Below the pieces are notes generated by a model. It was not told the DNA's origin. It saw only the letters and a program-made list of their open reading frames with translations, and searched no databases. Below, piece after piece: positions 38,810-51,578 of a stretch of 64,000 nt of DNA; position 1 is the stretch's first letter, and each line of letters begins with the position of its first letter. Origin of the DNA: Octopus sinensis (lineage: Eukaryota); NCBI RefSeq assembly GCF_006345805.1, contig NC_043006.1:41540001-41604000 (forward strand), given 5' to 3'. The translations under genes and the position numbers were made by a program.

Positions 38810-39282
38810 CGAGAGTTAAAATGTAATGCCATTTTGTTTAGGACAGGTATAATTACCAACACAAGAATATATATCATACATCAAAATGAAGCTGGTCCTC
38901 TGTGGACCACATCCCTACTTCTCAACAGAGTCACCGTTTCTCTCAGTAGCAATGTTCCACCTTCAAATGGGAGCATGTATCCCAGCCCTGTAAAATTCTG
39001 TTGACTGTTCCTTGAGCCATTTCTTCACTACAGTTTTCACTTTCTCGTCACTGGAGTTAGTGAAGAATTGGCTCAAAGAACAGTCAACAGAATTTTACCG
39101 GGCAGGGATACATGCTCTCATTCGAAGGTGGAACATGGCGATTGAGAGAAACGATGGTTATGTTGAAGAGTAGGGATCTGATCCACAGACGACTAACTTA
39201 ATTTTGATGTATGATACATGTTCCTATGTTGGTAATTATACCTGTCCTAAACAGAATGGCATTACTTTTTGACTCACCCTCG
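38810..39282. mobile_element. Palindromic mariner-derived MITE (two 3' ends, irritans-like)
   Basis: TA-flanked, ~220-bp arms with a 27-bp spacer. The arms encode VKNWLKEQSTEFYRAGIHALIRRWNMAIERNDGYVEE*. TIR cgagggtgagtcaaaaagtaatg. Confidence 0.92.
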
Positions 39283-40116
39283 TATATATATCTATGTTTG
39301 TATATATGTATCTATGTATATAAATGTTTGTATATATTTATGTATTTATGTATGTGTAAATGCATGTACTTACCTACAAACTTACACACATATACACACA
39401 CGCACGCACACACACACATATACACACACGCACACACACACATATACACACACGCACACACACACATTCTCCTTTACTCCCTATCGGCTGTGGTCGTGCT
39501 GAAACATCGTCAATATGTTGCTTTGAATTAACTTTTCATTTCCACAGACCTCTTTGTACGCTTCGTTTTTGGCTGAACAAGATAGTCAGATATGTCTGCC
39601 ATCCGTAATGCTTCTAGTCGTGACGTAGGCTTTTGCGTCTTATTTTCTTGTTTTCTTTCAGTCAGACCTAAACCCGATAACAGGCTTAGGTATTGCTGTA
39701 AATTTGAGTTATAATCACGGTTCTTGATCGTTAGTCTGTGATGGTTTCCTATAGTCATTGTAGCTGGGGAGAATGACTCAGTGTATGAGTGTCAGAATAT
39801 TTAAGGGGGCCGATAGAGGTGATTCCCGTACAGTGTCTCGGGGTGTAATGTTCCTTGTACAACATTCCACGTCTTTTAAAAAGTCATGCAGCCCATTATT
39901 TGGTTTCCATCCTAATAGTGACATCTCATTTGGTGATCTAATTTAGAGAATACGTTCACAGTGTTGGAATGGTAAAAATATGCGAAACTTTTCACAGGTT
40001 CAAAATGTGAAATTGGTTTTATTATCTAAATTCCAATGATGGAATGAGCGTTGTATCTTTGTAAGAAACAAGCTCCTTCCGCGGAGAAGGAATTTATATA
40101 ATCGCAAATAGAATAG

Positions 40117-40151
<35 letters not shown>

Positions 40152-40215
40152 GTATATGTGTCCTTTTCACTTTTCATTCGGAAATAAAAGTATTTGAATA
40201 ACACCTGCGTTTAAC

Positions 40216-40275
<60 letters not shown>

Positions 40276-40684
40276 AATATATCTATATATAATATATATA
40301 TATATATACATACATACATAACATACATACTACATACATACATAACATACATACATACCAACATACATCTATATACTATGAGTGGATAAATGCAAAAATG
40401 ATATTCAACCCACCAATAACGTGATTCTCCCTTTGTTTCCAAAAATGATGCATGTATAAAAATAGAAGTGGATGATACCCACACTTTCAATGATTCGATC
40501 GTTCAAGAGAACAACCCTCGGAGGTACACTACCATTTCACTAATCCTCCTCCCAACTTAATTACTTGAGTAGTGTACGCATGCGTATGTAGGTATATATA
40601 AATATAAAGGTGTAAATGCATGTGCAAATAAATGGGTACGCATGGACTAGAAAAAAATATATATGTATGTGTATACACACACAC

Positions 40685-40723
<39 letters not shown>

Positions 40724-41630
40724 GTGAAATAGAAAGATGAATAATCTTGTAGTAGATTAATCAAAAGTTTAACCGATACCTTAGTAGCAAAAATCACAGC
40801 AGTGAACAGCACGGTTGGAGGTACAACCATCTGGCGTTGCAACCGTGCGTTGGTGCGGATAATTGAAATTAAAACATTATTGGTGAATTGAAGAAAGGAG
40901 CTGAACGCAGATTGAACAGAAATCGTTTTATTTCATTCTACACGTTGTTCGAAAGGCACAAATTACCAAAATCCGATTGAATAATGGGACCATATTGTGT
41001 CTTTCTCTTCAGGAAGAAAAAAGGAAATCCGTTGGAAAAACAAAAACAGAACAGAGGCAGAGCAAAAAACAAATCGAACTGTGCTCCTAAGAGCCCATGG
41101 CGAAACTGTTTATCAGTGTATGTTGAGAACCGGTGGCTGAAGAATTCAACAGGTCAGGCATCGGTCAAACATGTGGGTGAGGGTGTATAGATGTTCTTTG
41201 TGACCGAGAATAAAGTTCTGACTATTTAAAGAATATTGGATGTTTTATAAGGGGCGAGAAAAAATCTACTTAGAGACGTGTGTGTGTGTGTACTGTTCTA
41301 TATATGTGTGTGTTGGCGTAGGGGTAGAAAACATTTTTTGTGTACGTGTGTGCGTTTGATCGTTCGGCTGTCAGTGGCTACTGCCGTGATAACCGTTGGG
41401 TGGCAGAAAGAAAAAAGATAAAGAAATTATATATATATATTTTATGTTTTATGTGTGTGTGTGTGTGTTCATCTAAGCCTACCTTGATAAGGAAACCCCC
41501 CGCTGTGAAAAAACAAGCCCCGTTTGTCTTACAGGAGTAATTTCCCTTGCAGTGGTTAATTGTAGATATCTTAAAATCTATTTCAGAATTTGTTACCAAG
41601 GGCTATGGGTGCCGGTCTTATTTATAAACG

Positions 41631-42247
41631 CTATTTAAAGGCCAGATAAGTGTAACGCCGCCAATGGGGGCATCGAAAAGCCGACTGTAAGAGCCCGTTT
41701 ACCATCCGGCCTCTGGCAAACAAATATGGAAGAGTTCGGAGACACAAAAGGTTGCACTGTCTTCTGCCCCTATCAAATGGGAGGGCCACCGACAAAATTG
41801 ACCATTCCAGCCTATAGCTTAAGTTCGCATCCTTCAGTCGCCATATTAGCTTACTGAGTCCCGTGGTCTGGCGCTTGTTCACGTCCCGAAAAGTTGCGTA
41901 ATGGTTGGAGACACGCAAAGACAATCTTGAGGATGATGCCCCTATATAAGTGAAGGCATCTGAGTCCGTGTAAACCTTGCATTGGTAGACGGCGTTTTTG
42001 ATCTTGGAGTTCGCCGACGTGAATCTTACTCTGCTAGGATTGGTTTCTGAAATTAGAACTGCGTTCCTGTCACTATATTCGTTCCGAGACCTGCAGCCGC
42101 TTACTACTCTATTTTCCACTACGTCACTATTAACTATAGGAATAACCCCTGATTCTCCACTATCTATCAGAGTGCTGTCATTGCTACTGCCCGTGGTACT
42201 GCTATTGCGGGAAATGATGCTGGGGATGCTAAAGGGGCTCTCTACCC
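41631..42247 (-). pseudogene. PLE GIY-YIG endonuclease C-terminus (left arm)
   Basis: NAVYQCKV...YIG...RVSNHYATFR...TGLSKLIWRLKD...LEWSIL...PF...CNL, with a 1-nt frameshift near the end. Confidence 0.88.
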
Positions 42248-42289
42248 GCCTCCCATAATAATAGGCTACTTACTAAGATCCTATCACCT

Positions 42290-43084
42290 TTTTCCGGAGG
42301 CACAGCCTCTTCCGCTCCCGGTTTAATGCTCAGTAGGAATAATTATAGTAGTAATAATGATATGAGAGCCAGTACAGTGACACATAATCTCAGCTCCAGC
42401 CAGGGAGTACCCGCTAGGGGTATAGTTATAAATAGGGGTGTTGTGGTTGATGGTAACAATGGGGTAGGGTAGAGAGCCCCTTTAGCATCCCCAGCATCAT
42501 TTCCCGCAATAGCAGTACCACCACGTAGCAAAGTAGCAATGACAGCACTCTGATAGATAGTGGAGAATCAGGGGTTATTCCTATAGTTAATAGTGACGTA
42601 GTGGAAAATAGAGTAGTAAGCGGCTGCAGGTCTCGGAACGAATATAGTGACAGGAACGCAGTTCTAATTTCAGAAACCAATCCTAGCAGAGTAAGATTCA
42701 CGTCGGCGAACTCCAAGATCAAAAACGCCGTCTACCAATGCAAGGTTACACGGACTCAGATGCCTTCACTTATATAGGGGCATCATCCTCAAGATTGTCT
42801 TTGCGTGTCTCCAACCTTACGCAACTTTTCGGGACGTGAACAAGCGCCAGACCACGGGACTCAGTAAGCTAATATGCGACTGAAGGATGCGAACTTAAGC
42901 TATAGGCTGGAATGGTCAATTTTGTCGGTGGCCCTCCCATTTGATAGGGGCAGAAGACAGTGCAACCTTTGTGTCTCCGAACTCTTCCATATTTTGTTTG
43001 CCAGAGGCCGGATGGTAACGGGCTCTTACAGTCGGCTTTTCGATGCCCCCATTGGCGGCGTTACACTTATCTGGCCTTTAAATA
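42290..43084 (+). pseudogene. PLE GIY-YIG endonuclease C-terminus with long S/N/G-rich N-terminal extension (right arm)
   Basis: Same motifs, including CNLCVSELFHILF. Several single-base deletions sit at different sites from those in the left arm. Confidence 0.85.
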
Positions 43085-43842
43085 GCGTTTATAAATAAGA
43101 CCGGCACCCATAGCCCTTGGTAACAAATTCTGAAATAGATTTAAGATATCTACAATTAACCACTGCAAGGGAAATTACTCCTGTAAGACAAACGGGGCTT
43201 GTTTTTTCACAGCGGGGGGTTTCCTTATCAAGGTAGGCTTAGATGAACACACACACACACACATAAAACATAAAATAATATATATATAATTTCTTTATCT
43301 TTTTTCTTTCTGCCACCCAACGGTTATCACGGCAGTAGCCACTGACAGCCGAACGATCAAACGCACACACGTACACACAAAAAATGTTTTCTACCCTACG
43401 CCAACACACACATATATAGAACAGTACACACACACACACGTCTCTAAGTAGATTTTTTCTCGCCCCTTATAAAAAATCCAATATTCTTTAAATAGTCAGA
43501 ACTTTATTCTCGGTCACAAAGAACATCTATACACCCCACCCACATGTTTGACCGATGCCTGACCTGTTGAATTCTTCAGCCACCGGTTCTCAACATACAC
43601 TGATAAACAGTTTCGCCATGGGCTCTTAGGAGCACAGTTCGATTTGTTTTTTGCTCTGCCTCTGTTCTGTTTTTGTTTTTCCAACGGATTTCCTTTTTCT
43701 TCTGAAGAGAAAGACACAATATGGTCCCATTATTCAATCGGATTTTGGTAATTTGTGCCTTTCGAAACACGTGTAGAATGAAATAAAACGATTTCTGTTC
43801 AATCTGCGTTCAGCTCCATTTCTTCAATTCACCAATAATGTT

Positions 43843-44150
43843 ATATTATATATATATATATATAATATATATATATATATTTATATATGTTTCTATGCGT
43901 GTATATATATATGTGTGTGTGTATATGTATATATAATGTGTATATATATATAGAGAGAGAGGGGTGTGTATGCATATGTGTATATATGCATGTGTGTGTA
44001 TATATACATATGTATATGTATACATGTGTTTGTATGTATACATATGTATATAATATATATATAATATATATATATATGTGTGTGTGTGTCTGTATATATA
44101 TGTATATATATATGTATGTATGTATAATTTTGTGTGTTTATATGTAGGGA
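43843..44150. repeat. TA/TG microsatellite field
   Basis: Directly visible. Confidence 0.92.
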
Positions 44151-45003
44151 GGTAAATATATGAACTAGCATGATCTCCCCACCTTCCCTCCCAAACATAT
44201 ATAATAAATGCTTTTCCTTCAGCAAACATTCCAAAACTGACCTTATTTCTTTCTCTCTGCTATCATCCACTGTTTATCAAAAGACAATTATCGTATACCT
44301 CATTAACCCGCTCTCCCCAGACACTCATCGTTAACATAGAAAATATACGAAGTTTCTCTTTAAGAAATTGAGATATTTGATCAGCCATAAGAGAATATGA
44401 AGAACATCTGACCATTATATTTTTCCCCGTTGGTCAAATATTGAAATGGAACCAACAGGAGGACACTTTCATAAGTTCTTTGTAAAACACTCCTTAAACA
44501 CCTCGCCACCTCCCAATTCCACTCTAAATCAGTTATCTTATTTTCAGCATTCACTATTCTCTTTCAGATCTTGTTCATCAACGCTCCTTCGCACCCAAAC
44601 TTATCACAAACCCCAACCCGATTATAAACACACCCAAATCTCACAGATATAGAATCACACAGCGATCAGTTTGACAGCAGCCACCGATGAATGCGAGAAA
44701 GTTCTCCAGAAAAATTAACAAGGATTCTTTAAAATATCTCACGACCAAAGGTAACAAAGAAATTGCTAGATTTACAAACCAAACTGTAAAATTATCGTCT
44801 TAAAAAATTAAATTGATTAGAACTACAAATGAAGTCATTCTTTTCCTTTTTCAAATATACCTAACTGTACCAAGGACCTCACACATTTTCCAATATACAT
44901 ACATACTTACACACACACATACCACACCGCACACGCCCACACGCACACACACCACACACACACATATATAATATATATATATATTATATATATATATAAT
45001 ATA

Positions 45004-45067
<64 letters not shown>

Positions 45068-45449
45068 TGTGTGTGTGTTATAGTGCTACGTAGGCATAAA
45101 AGTGTGAGCATGTGAAAACGAGGAGCACAGACATCTTAAGTGATTATAATTGCTAAAACTGGTTACTGAGTCTACGATAGAACTCTGTGTGTGTGTGCAT
45201 GGCGTCTGGCAAAGAAAGGGTGAGACGCAGATAGAGAAAGAACAGCAAGGGCATGTGACAGAATTGTAGTTTTAATCAGTATTTACATATTTGATTACAT
45301 GCTTATATATGTAGTTATTACTTTATTTTCCACGCACTTTCGAATCATAAGTAAATACAACACACAAGACGCCTGTCTTTAAACTATAGATCAGCTAAAC
45401 ATATATCTATGATGCTTGGTATGAGTAAAGTCAAAGACAAAATAGATAT

Positions 45450-45828
45450 ACTCTTTACTCGTTTACTTGTTTCAGTCATTTGACTGCGGTCATGCTGGAG
45501 CACCGCCTTTAGTCGAGCATATCGACCCCGGGACTTATTCTTTGTAAGCCCAGTACTTATTCTGTCGTTCTTTTTTGAGGGACCGTTAAGTGACGGGGAC
45601 ATAAACACACCACCATCAATTGTCAAGCAATGCTAAGGGGACAAACACAGACACACAAACATACACGTATATATACGACGGGCTTCTTTCAGTTTCCGTC
45701 TACCAAATCCACTCACAAGGCTTTGGTCGGCCCTAGGCTTTAGTGGAAGACACTTGGTCAAGATGCTACGCAGTGGGATTGAACCCGGGACCATGTGGTT
45801 GGTAAGCAAGCTATTTACAACACAGCCA
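45450..45828 (-). mobile_element. SINE family 1, full length
   Basis: Reverse complement of the full family sequence. Confidence 0.92.
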
Positions 45829-46143
45829 CAGAATTGTCTTCAAAACTGAAAGTTGCGCTAACGCCTGGGGTTGAATATCAATCTAATTATATTAATTAAA
45901 GTTTAATACATTGGGTCATCTTCAATGTCTGAAATTATCCATATAATTGGCCATAGACATTTCGTTAGTAATGAGAGCACATCTGTGTCTCTGAAAATTT
46001 TTGAACACGACCTTGCTGTTCTTTCTCTATCTCTATCTCACCTTTTCTTTCCCACACGCTACACACACTCGCGCGCGCACACACACGCACATCTATATAC
46101 ATATATTCAGGTACTTATCCCTACTTGCATATACATGTGTATT

Positions 46144-47397
46144 TGATTGATTGATTGATTGATTCTAGTTTCAGCTTATGAGCTGTGGCCATGCTGGGGC
46201 ACCGCCATTTGGTGTTGCTACTTGGTTTCATTCATTAGGGCTTTCTAGCAACTGCTATTTGGTGCATGAGAGAGTTCGATGCAGCTGCCCTCATCTGCCC
46301 CTCCTGCCGTGAAGTTGGTTCATCTGGGACACCTGACAGGAAGAGATCCAGCTTCATTTTAAAGACATCTGTATCCACCCCATGCAGGTCTCTCAGGTTC
46401 TTCGGGAGGATATTGAAGAGCTGTGGCCTCGGAAGCCCAGGCTATCACAGAATCTTGTCTACATCTTGATGGCAGGTTTGGAGTCCTAGGCACCACGCAG
46501 TGGCGCCCAGTTCTGGCATTTGCGTAACTCTCGATGCCAAAGTTCAGGACACTTCCCTCCAGGATCTTCCAGATGTATATTATGGCATATCTTTCCCGCC
46601 TACGCTCCAGGGAATATAATTTTAATCTCTTGAGTCTTTCCCAGTAGCTTACATTCTGCATAGAGGCTATCTTCTTTGTGTAGCTTCGTTGGATCGCCTC
46701 AAGTTCTGTGATCAACTTGACACTGGATGGTGACCATAGCTGAGAGCAATAGTCAAAGTGGCTTAGGACAAGTGTCTTCCAGAGGACCATCATGGTTTCT
46801 TGTTCTCTTGTTCTAAAGGTTCTAAGAATCCATCCAGCCAGCCGTCTACATTTCATTGTCAGTTTAGCAACATGTACATGAAAGGTCGCGTCATCACTCA
46901 TGTGAATACCCAGGTCACGCACTGATTGTGCCTCTGGGATTGCAATCCCTCCGGGTCCAGTGTATTCATTGGGTATTGCATTCAGTTTTGCATGCTGATA
47001 GTATAAAGCTTGAAACTTTCCAGCATTGAACTGCATGCTATTCTTTTCAGCCCACTTGTATATTTCGTCCAGCTCACATTGCAGGTGTTTAGTGTCCTCA
47101 GGGTTCTGTATTGCCTGTGAAACTTTTGTATCATCTGCATAACTTGTGATCGTGGCTCTCTGCGTGGCTGAGGGCATGTCTGAGAGGGCCATTATGAACA
47201 GTAGTGGTCCCAGAACAGTGCCCTGGCGGAACACCGCTCACTATTTGTGTGTTAATGGAGGTGGCCCCATTGGCTACTACCACCTGACTTCTATCCTTCA
47301 GAAAGTCATGAAGCCATTCTCCCAGTTTTCCAACTATGTTGAGATCACGCAGTTTGTGACATATCATTCCATGATCGACTTTATCAAAGGCCTTTGC
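46144..47397 (-). mobile_element. 5'-truncated CR1/L2-group LINE (RT domain to 3' tail), two frameshifts
   Basis: KAFDKVDH, GVP/QGTVLGPLLF, YADDT, VRDLG, DYCSQLWSP and YWERLKRLKLYSLERRRERY motifs. Ends in an (AATC)n tail. Confidence 0.95.
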
Positions 47398-47524
47398 ATG
47401 TGTATGTGTATATTTATATAAAAGAATGTCTATCTCACTGTCTGTCACTTCGTCGCTCTGACTGTCTGTCTAATACTGCCTATCTGTCTGGCTCTCTCTT
47501 TCTCTCTTTCCGGATATAATATAT

Positions 47525-47574
<50 letters not shown>

Positions 47575-47809
47575 TTTATGTGTGTATGTATGTATCTACA
47601 TGAACAGACAGTCAGTTAGATTGATTGTTAGACAGACAAACAGACAGATAGATTGATATATATAAAGATAGATAATTCGATAGAGAGAGAAACGACGACG
47701 ACGACGGATGGACAAACACACAGTCAGCCACATAGACAGACAGACGGATAAACAGATAGATAGAAAGATTAGACAGACATAAAGACAGACAGCTCGAACG
47801 ATCCATCCG

Positions 47810-48165
47810 TCGATAGATAGATAAATAGATAGATAGATAGATAGATATGTTTCTTTATTAGCCACACAGGGCTGCACACAGATAGAACAAATTACAAGGT
47901 AGAGCTTTTCTTTTAAAGGTTTAAAAAAAAAAAAAAAAAAAAGGAAGGGGGGGAGTTTCGATCAAAAGGGATCGTAAAAGGAGAGTAAGAGGACAAAAAA
48001 AAGGGGGGTTAAAAAAAGGGGGAGAGGAAAAGAAAATTGATCAATAGGGATCGTTATCACAGAAATGTCAATATGAAGTGTAAAGGGGAGGACAGGTGAG
48101 GTTTACCCGTGGAAAGAAAAGCCTACGGAAAAGACCACGGTAACCTCGGTCAATGAAGTCACATT

Positions 48166-48196
<31 letters not shown>

Positions 48197-48263
48197 GTAA
48201 TAGACAGACAGGTAGATGGATAGGTAGATAGATAGATAGATAGATAGATAGATATATATATAT

Positions 48264-48328
<65 letters not shown>

Positions 48329-48347
48329 AGAGACAGACAGGTAGATG

Positions 48348-48422
<75 letters not shown>

Positions 48423-48423
48423 T

Positions 48424-48454
<31 letters not shown>

Positions 48455-48455
48455 C
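47810..48455. repeat. (GATA)n field interrupted by an insertion at 47849-48165
   Basis: Directly visible. Confidence 0.93.
47849..48165 (-). mobile_element. Probable LINE 3' UTR fragment (L1/Tx1-like, no ORF retained)
   Basis: Minus strand is pyrimidine-rich and ends gcagccctgtgtggctaataaagaaac followed by (ATCT)n. The clade is inferred from recollection of similar tails. Confidence 0.45.
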
Positions 48456-49184
48456 TTGCCTATTTATAACATGGTAAATAAATAGCATGAAACGGAGATG
48501 GCTAATCAGTAAGATTGGAATTCATATTAAAGAAGACAGACGATCAGATAGAGACATATAGAAAGTTATTTGAACGCTAATCTTAATAACACTAACTTCC
48601 CAGTGCAATTTTAAACCTAATGTATCTGAAATTCTAAAATCACCGATTAAATCTATATTAAAATATATAATTTATTTATAGTATACAATATTTTTGCTGC
48701 TGGTTGCCTTTGATATTATGTGTTCTACCGTTGTTCTTATTTTTTGAACCTACATGTATGTTCACGTTTTAAAATATGTATGCGTAGAACGATAAGCGTA
48801 TGTAAAGTGACGCTTTCTTTTTTGTCCATATATGAATATAAATGTTCAAAATCTTATGCATACGAATACATATACGTCTATACATACATACATATACATC
48901 TATATATCTATATTTATGTATATATAACTTACACACACGCACACACACAGATATATGTCTATATTTGTAAGTACGTATGTAATCTTAGAGAGAAACAACA
49001 GAATGAACTCGAGTAATACACATAAGTGTTTTACAAATAATTGTTTCATGAATATTTCCTTAAATTTATGTAAAATTTAAATATTCGTATACACATATAC
49101 CTATAAATATATATATTTACAGAAAGAGGGAGGGAGTGATATGTACACACACATACACATATATAGATTGAGGGGGAGAGAATG

Positions 49185-49224
<40 letters not shown>

Positions 49225-49324
49225 GCATAAGTATGGGTGTGTATATGTATGCATAAAGATAGTATCTTCTCTGAGCTACATAAGCAAAATTTTAAGGTGA
49301 TATATATTTAAATATATCTTACGC

Positions 49325-49370
<46 letters not shown>

Positions 49371-49740
49371 GTATGTATCAGGGAGGTGCCGTCTGGGTAG
49401 GCAAAATAAGCAGTGCCTATCCTGAATAAAATTAATTTTCCTTTTATGACAAATTATGCACCTAATTCAATAAAATTATGAAGGTTACTCTGATTAGTAT
49501 CCATAAAATGCAAAATATCATAGTTTTTTTTTGTAGATTAGGTAGGCATAATTCGTGCCTGCCTTTCAGTTTCAGTATTCAAACTATGCATACTACTGCT
49601 GTAATACATGTGCTACGTACATTCCTACAACAACGTTTTCTTTACGTACTATAAAGGCAGAAGTAATTCTGCCCCTAACTCAGTCGCGCGCCTGTTTCGT
49701 ATATTTATATATGTACCAAAGTAATATATGTATGTATAAG

Positions 49741-49790
<50 letters not shown>

Positions 49791-49791
49791 T

Positions 49792-49827
<36 letters not shown>

Positions 49828-49865
49828 ATATATATATTATATATATATTATGCATAGTATAGGAG

Positions 49866-50023
49866 TAGGAGTAGCTGTGTGGTAAGTAGCTTGCTTACCA
49901 GCCACATGGTTCTGGGCTCAGTCCCACTGCGTGGCATCTTGGGCAAGTGTCTTCCACAATAGCCTCGGGCTGACCAAAGCCTTGTGAATGTATTTGGTAG
50001 ACGGAATTTAAAGAAGCCCGTCG

Positions 50024-50102
<79 letters not shown>

Positions 50103-50354
50103 ATAATATATATATATATATTTATACATGTATATGTGTGTGCATATGTTTGTGTGTCTGTGTTTGTCACCCCAGCATCGCTTGACAACCGATGGTGATG
50201 TGTTTGCGTCCCTCTAACTTAGCGGTTCAGCAAAAGAGACCGATAGAATAAGTACTAGGCTTACAAAGAATAAGTGCTGGGGTCGAATTGCTCGACTAAA
50301 GGTGTTGCTCCAGCATGACCGCAGTCAAATGACTGAAACAAGTAAAAGAGTAAA
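49866..50354 (+). mobile_element. SINE family 1, full length with expanded internal (TA)n
   Basis: Head, core, microsatellite, 3' region and gtaaaaga tail are all present. Confidence 0.93.
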
Positions 50355-51542
50355 GTGTATAGTACATATATCATTCACACACGTACACACATAAACAACA
50401 CAATGTATGCAATTATGCGCTAACCACAGGAAAAAATAAATGAAATAGACCGACTTTACCTATCGGTATATGTGCAACGTAATACCAGTCAAATGGTTTG
50501 CAATTCACAATTGATGTTAATAAATTTCTTCAAATTTTACGTTTTCTTTTCTTTTCTTCACAATGAATACCAGAATATCTTTGACACAAAGTTCCTCAGC
50601 TGTTTAACATGATCAGCCTTGTGATATGACGATAACACGAACATAATATGGGGAACCCTGCTATACTAACATATGTATGTGCGTCAGTGCGTGCGCGTAT
50701 AGTAAACTGCAGTAGAAAATGTTTGTGATAATGCAGTGCAAAAGAATTGCACATGGACTTAACTATTTGTGAGGAAAACGTTTTACACACAAACAACCAT
50801 GTTCTATACAGTGATCTATGTGTGTAAAAACGAATACTATAGGGACGTTCATTGAGAGACGATGCTGAAGTAACAAAGGAAAGCTGGTCCTAATCATTCA
50901 TCGATATTCAACCACGTCTTCAGTTCTGTCTTTAAAATGAACCAGGCTGAGTTTTACTGGAGATACAATTTAATTTTCTAATACATATTTCAGTATTCAA
51001 CTCTATTCAGACGCTTATGTCATTTCTCTAAATTATAAATGGCATTGTGTAGCTGCTATTTTAATGAAGATTCTTATTATATATAGTTAGCATTGAATAC
51101 AATATGATACATTATACATTATACATGACACATCATATAGGCTTACAGAGAAAGAAAATGGTGTACGTTGTCAGAAATATAGTTCAACTCACATTATCGG
51201 ACTTTAACCCTAGCTGAGTAGCGTAACCTAATGCTTTATAATTATTCAATCATTATGTAGAAACTCAGATACAATACGTAGATCCGTCATGCTTACTTTA
51301 TTATAGTTAGTTTTTATTCCAGTTGGCTTAAATGTTAAATGTAAATTTAAGACACCAATTTATTCTTGAAAAAGTTCGGAAAGCTCCATTAATGCTCTTC
51401 CTATTACCAAAATATGCAATTTAATTGCACGTTGTACACAAATATATACATACATGCACTTCTGCAGATACGTATATGTAAATTAAAACATGTTAAGGTC
51501 CGATTACATACAAACCTACATGTATGTATATATATGTATATA

Positions 51543-51578
<36 letters not shown>

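Larger units (their letters stand above)
40873..43842. mobile_element. Head-to-head inverted duplication of a PLE 3' region (GIY-YIG endonuclease plus 3' UTR)
   Basis: Arms 40873-42247 and 42467-43842 are near-identical reverse complements with a 219-bp spacer. The same antisense peptide appears in ORFs 41998 (+) and 42426 (-). Confidence 0.95.

Noticed and set aside
41075-41110. CCTAAGA-GCC-cat-GGC-GAAAC hammerhead-like string in the PLE arm
   Set aside because: It is antisense to the PLE ORF, G5 is missing and no stem I can form.
41631-43842. Selenoprotein-type PLE (in-frame UGA plus SECIS)
   Set aside because: No in-frame TGA in the reconstructed endonuclease frame, and no SECIS-like hairpin recognised in the 3' UTR.
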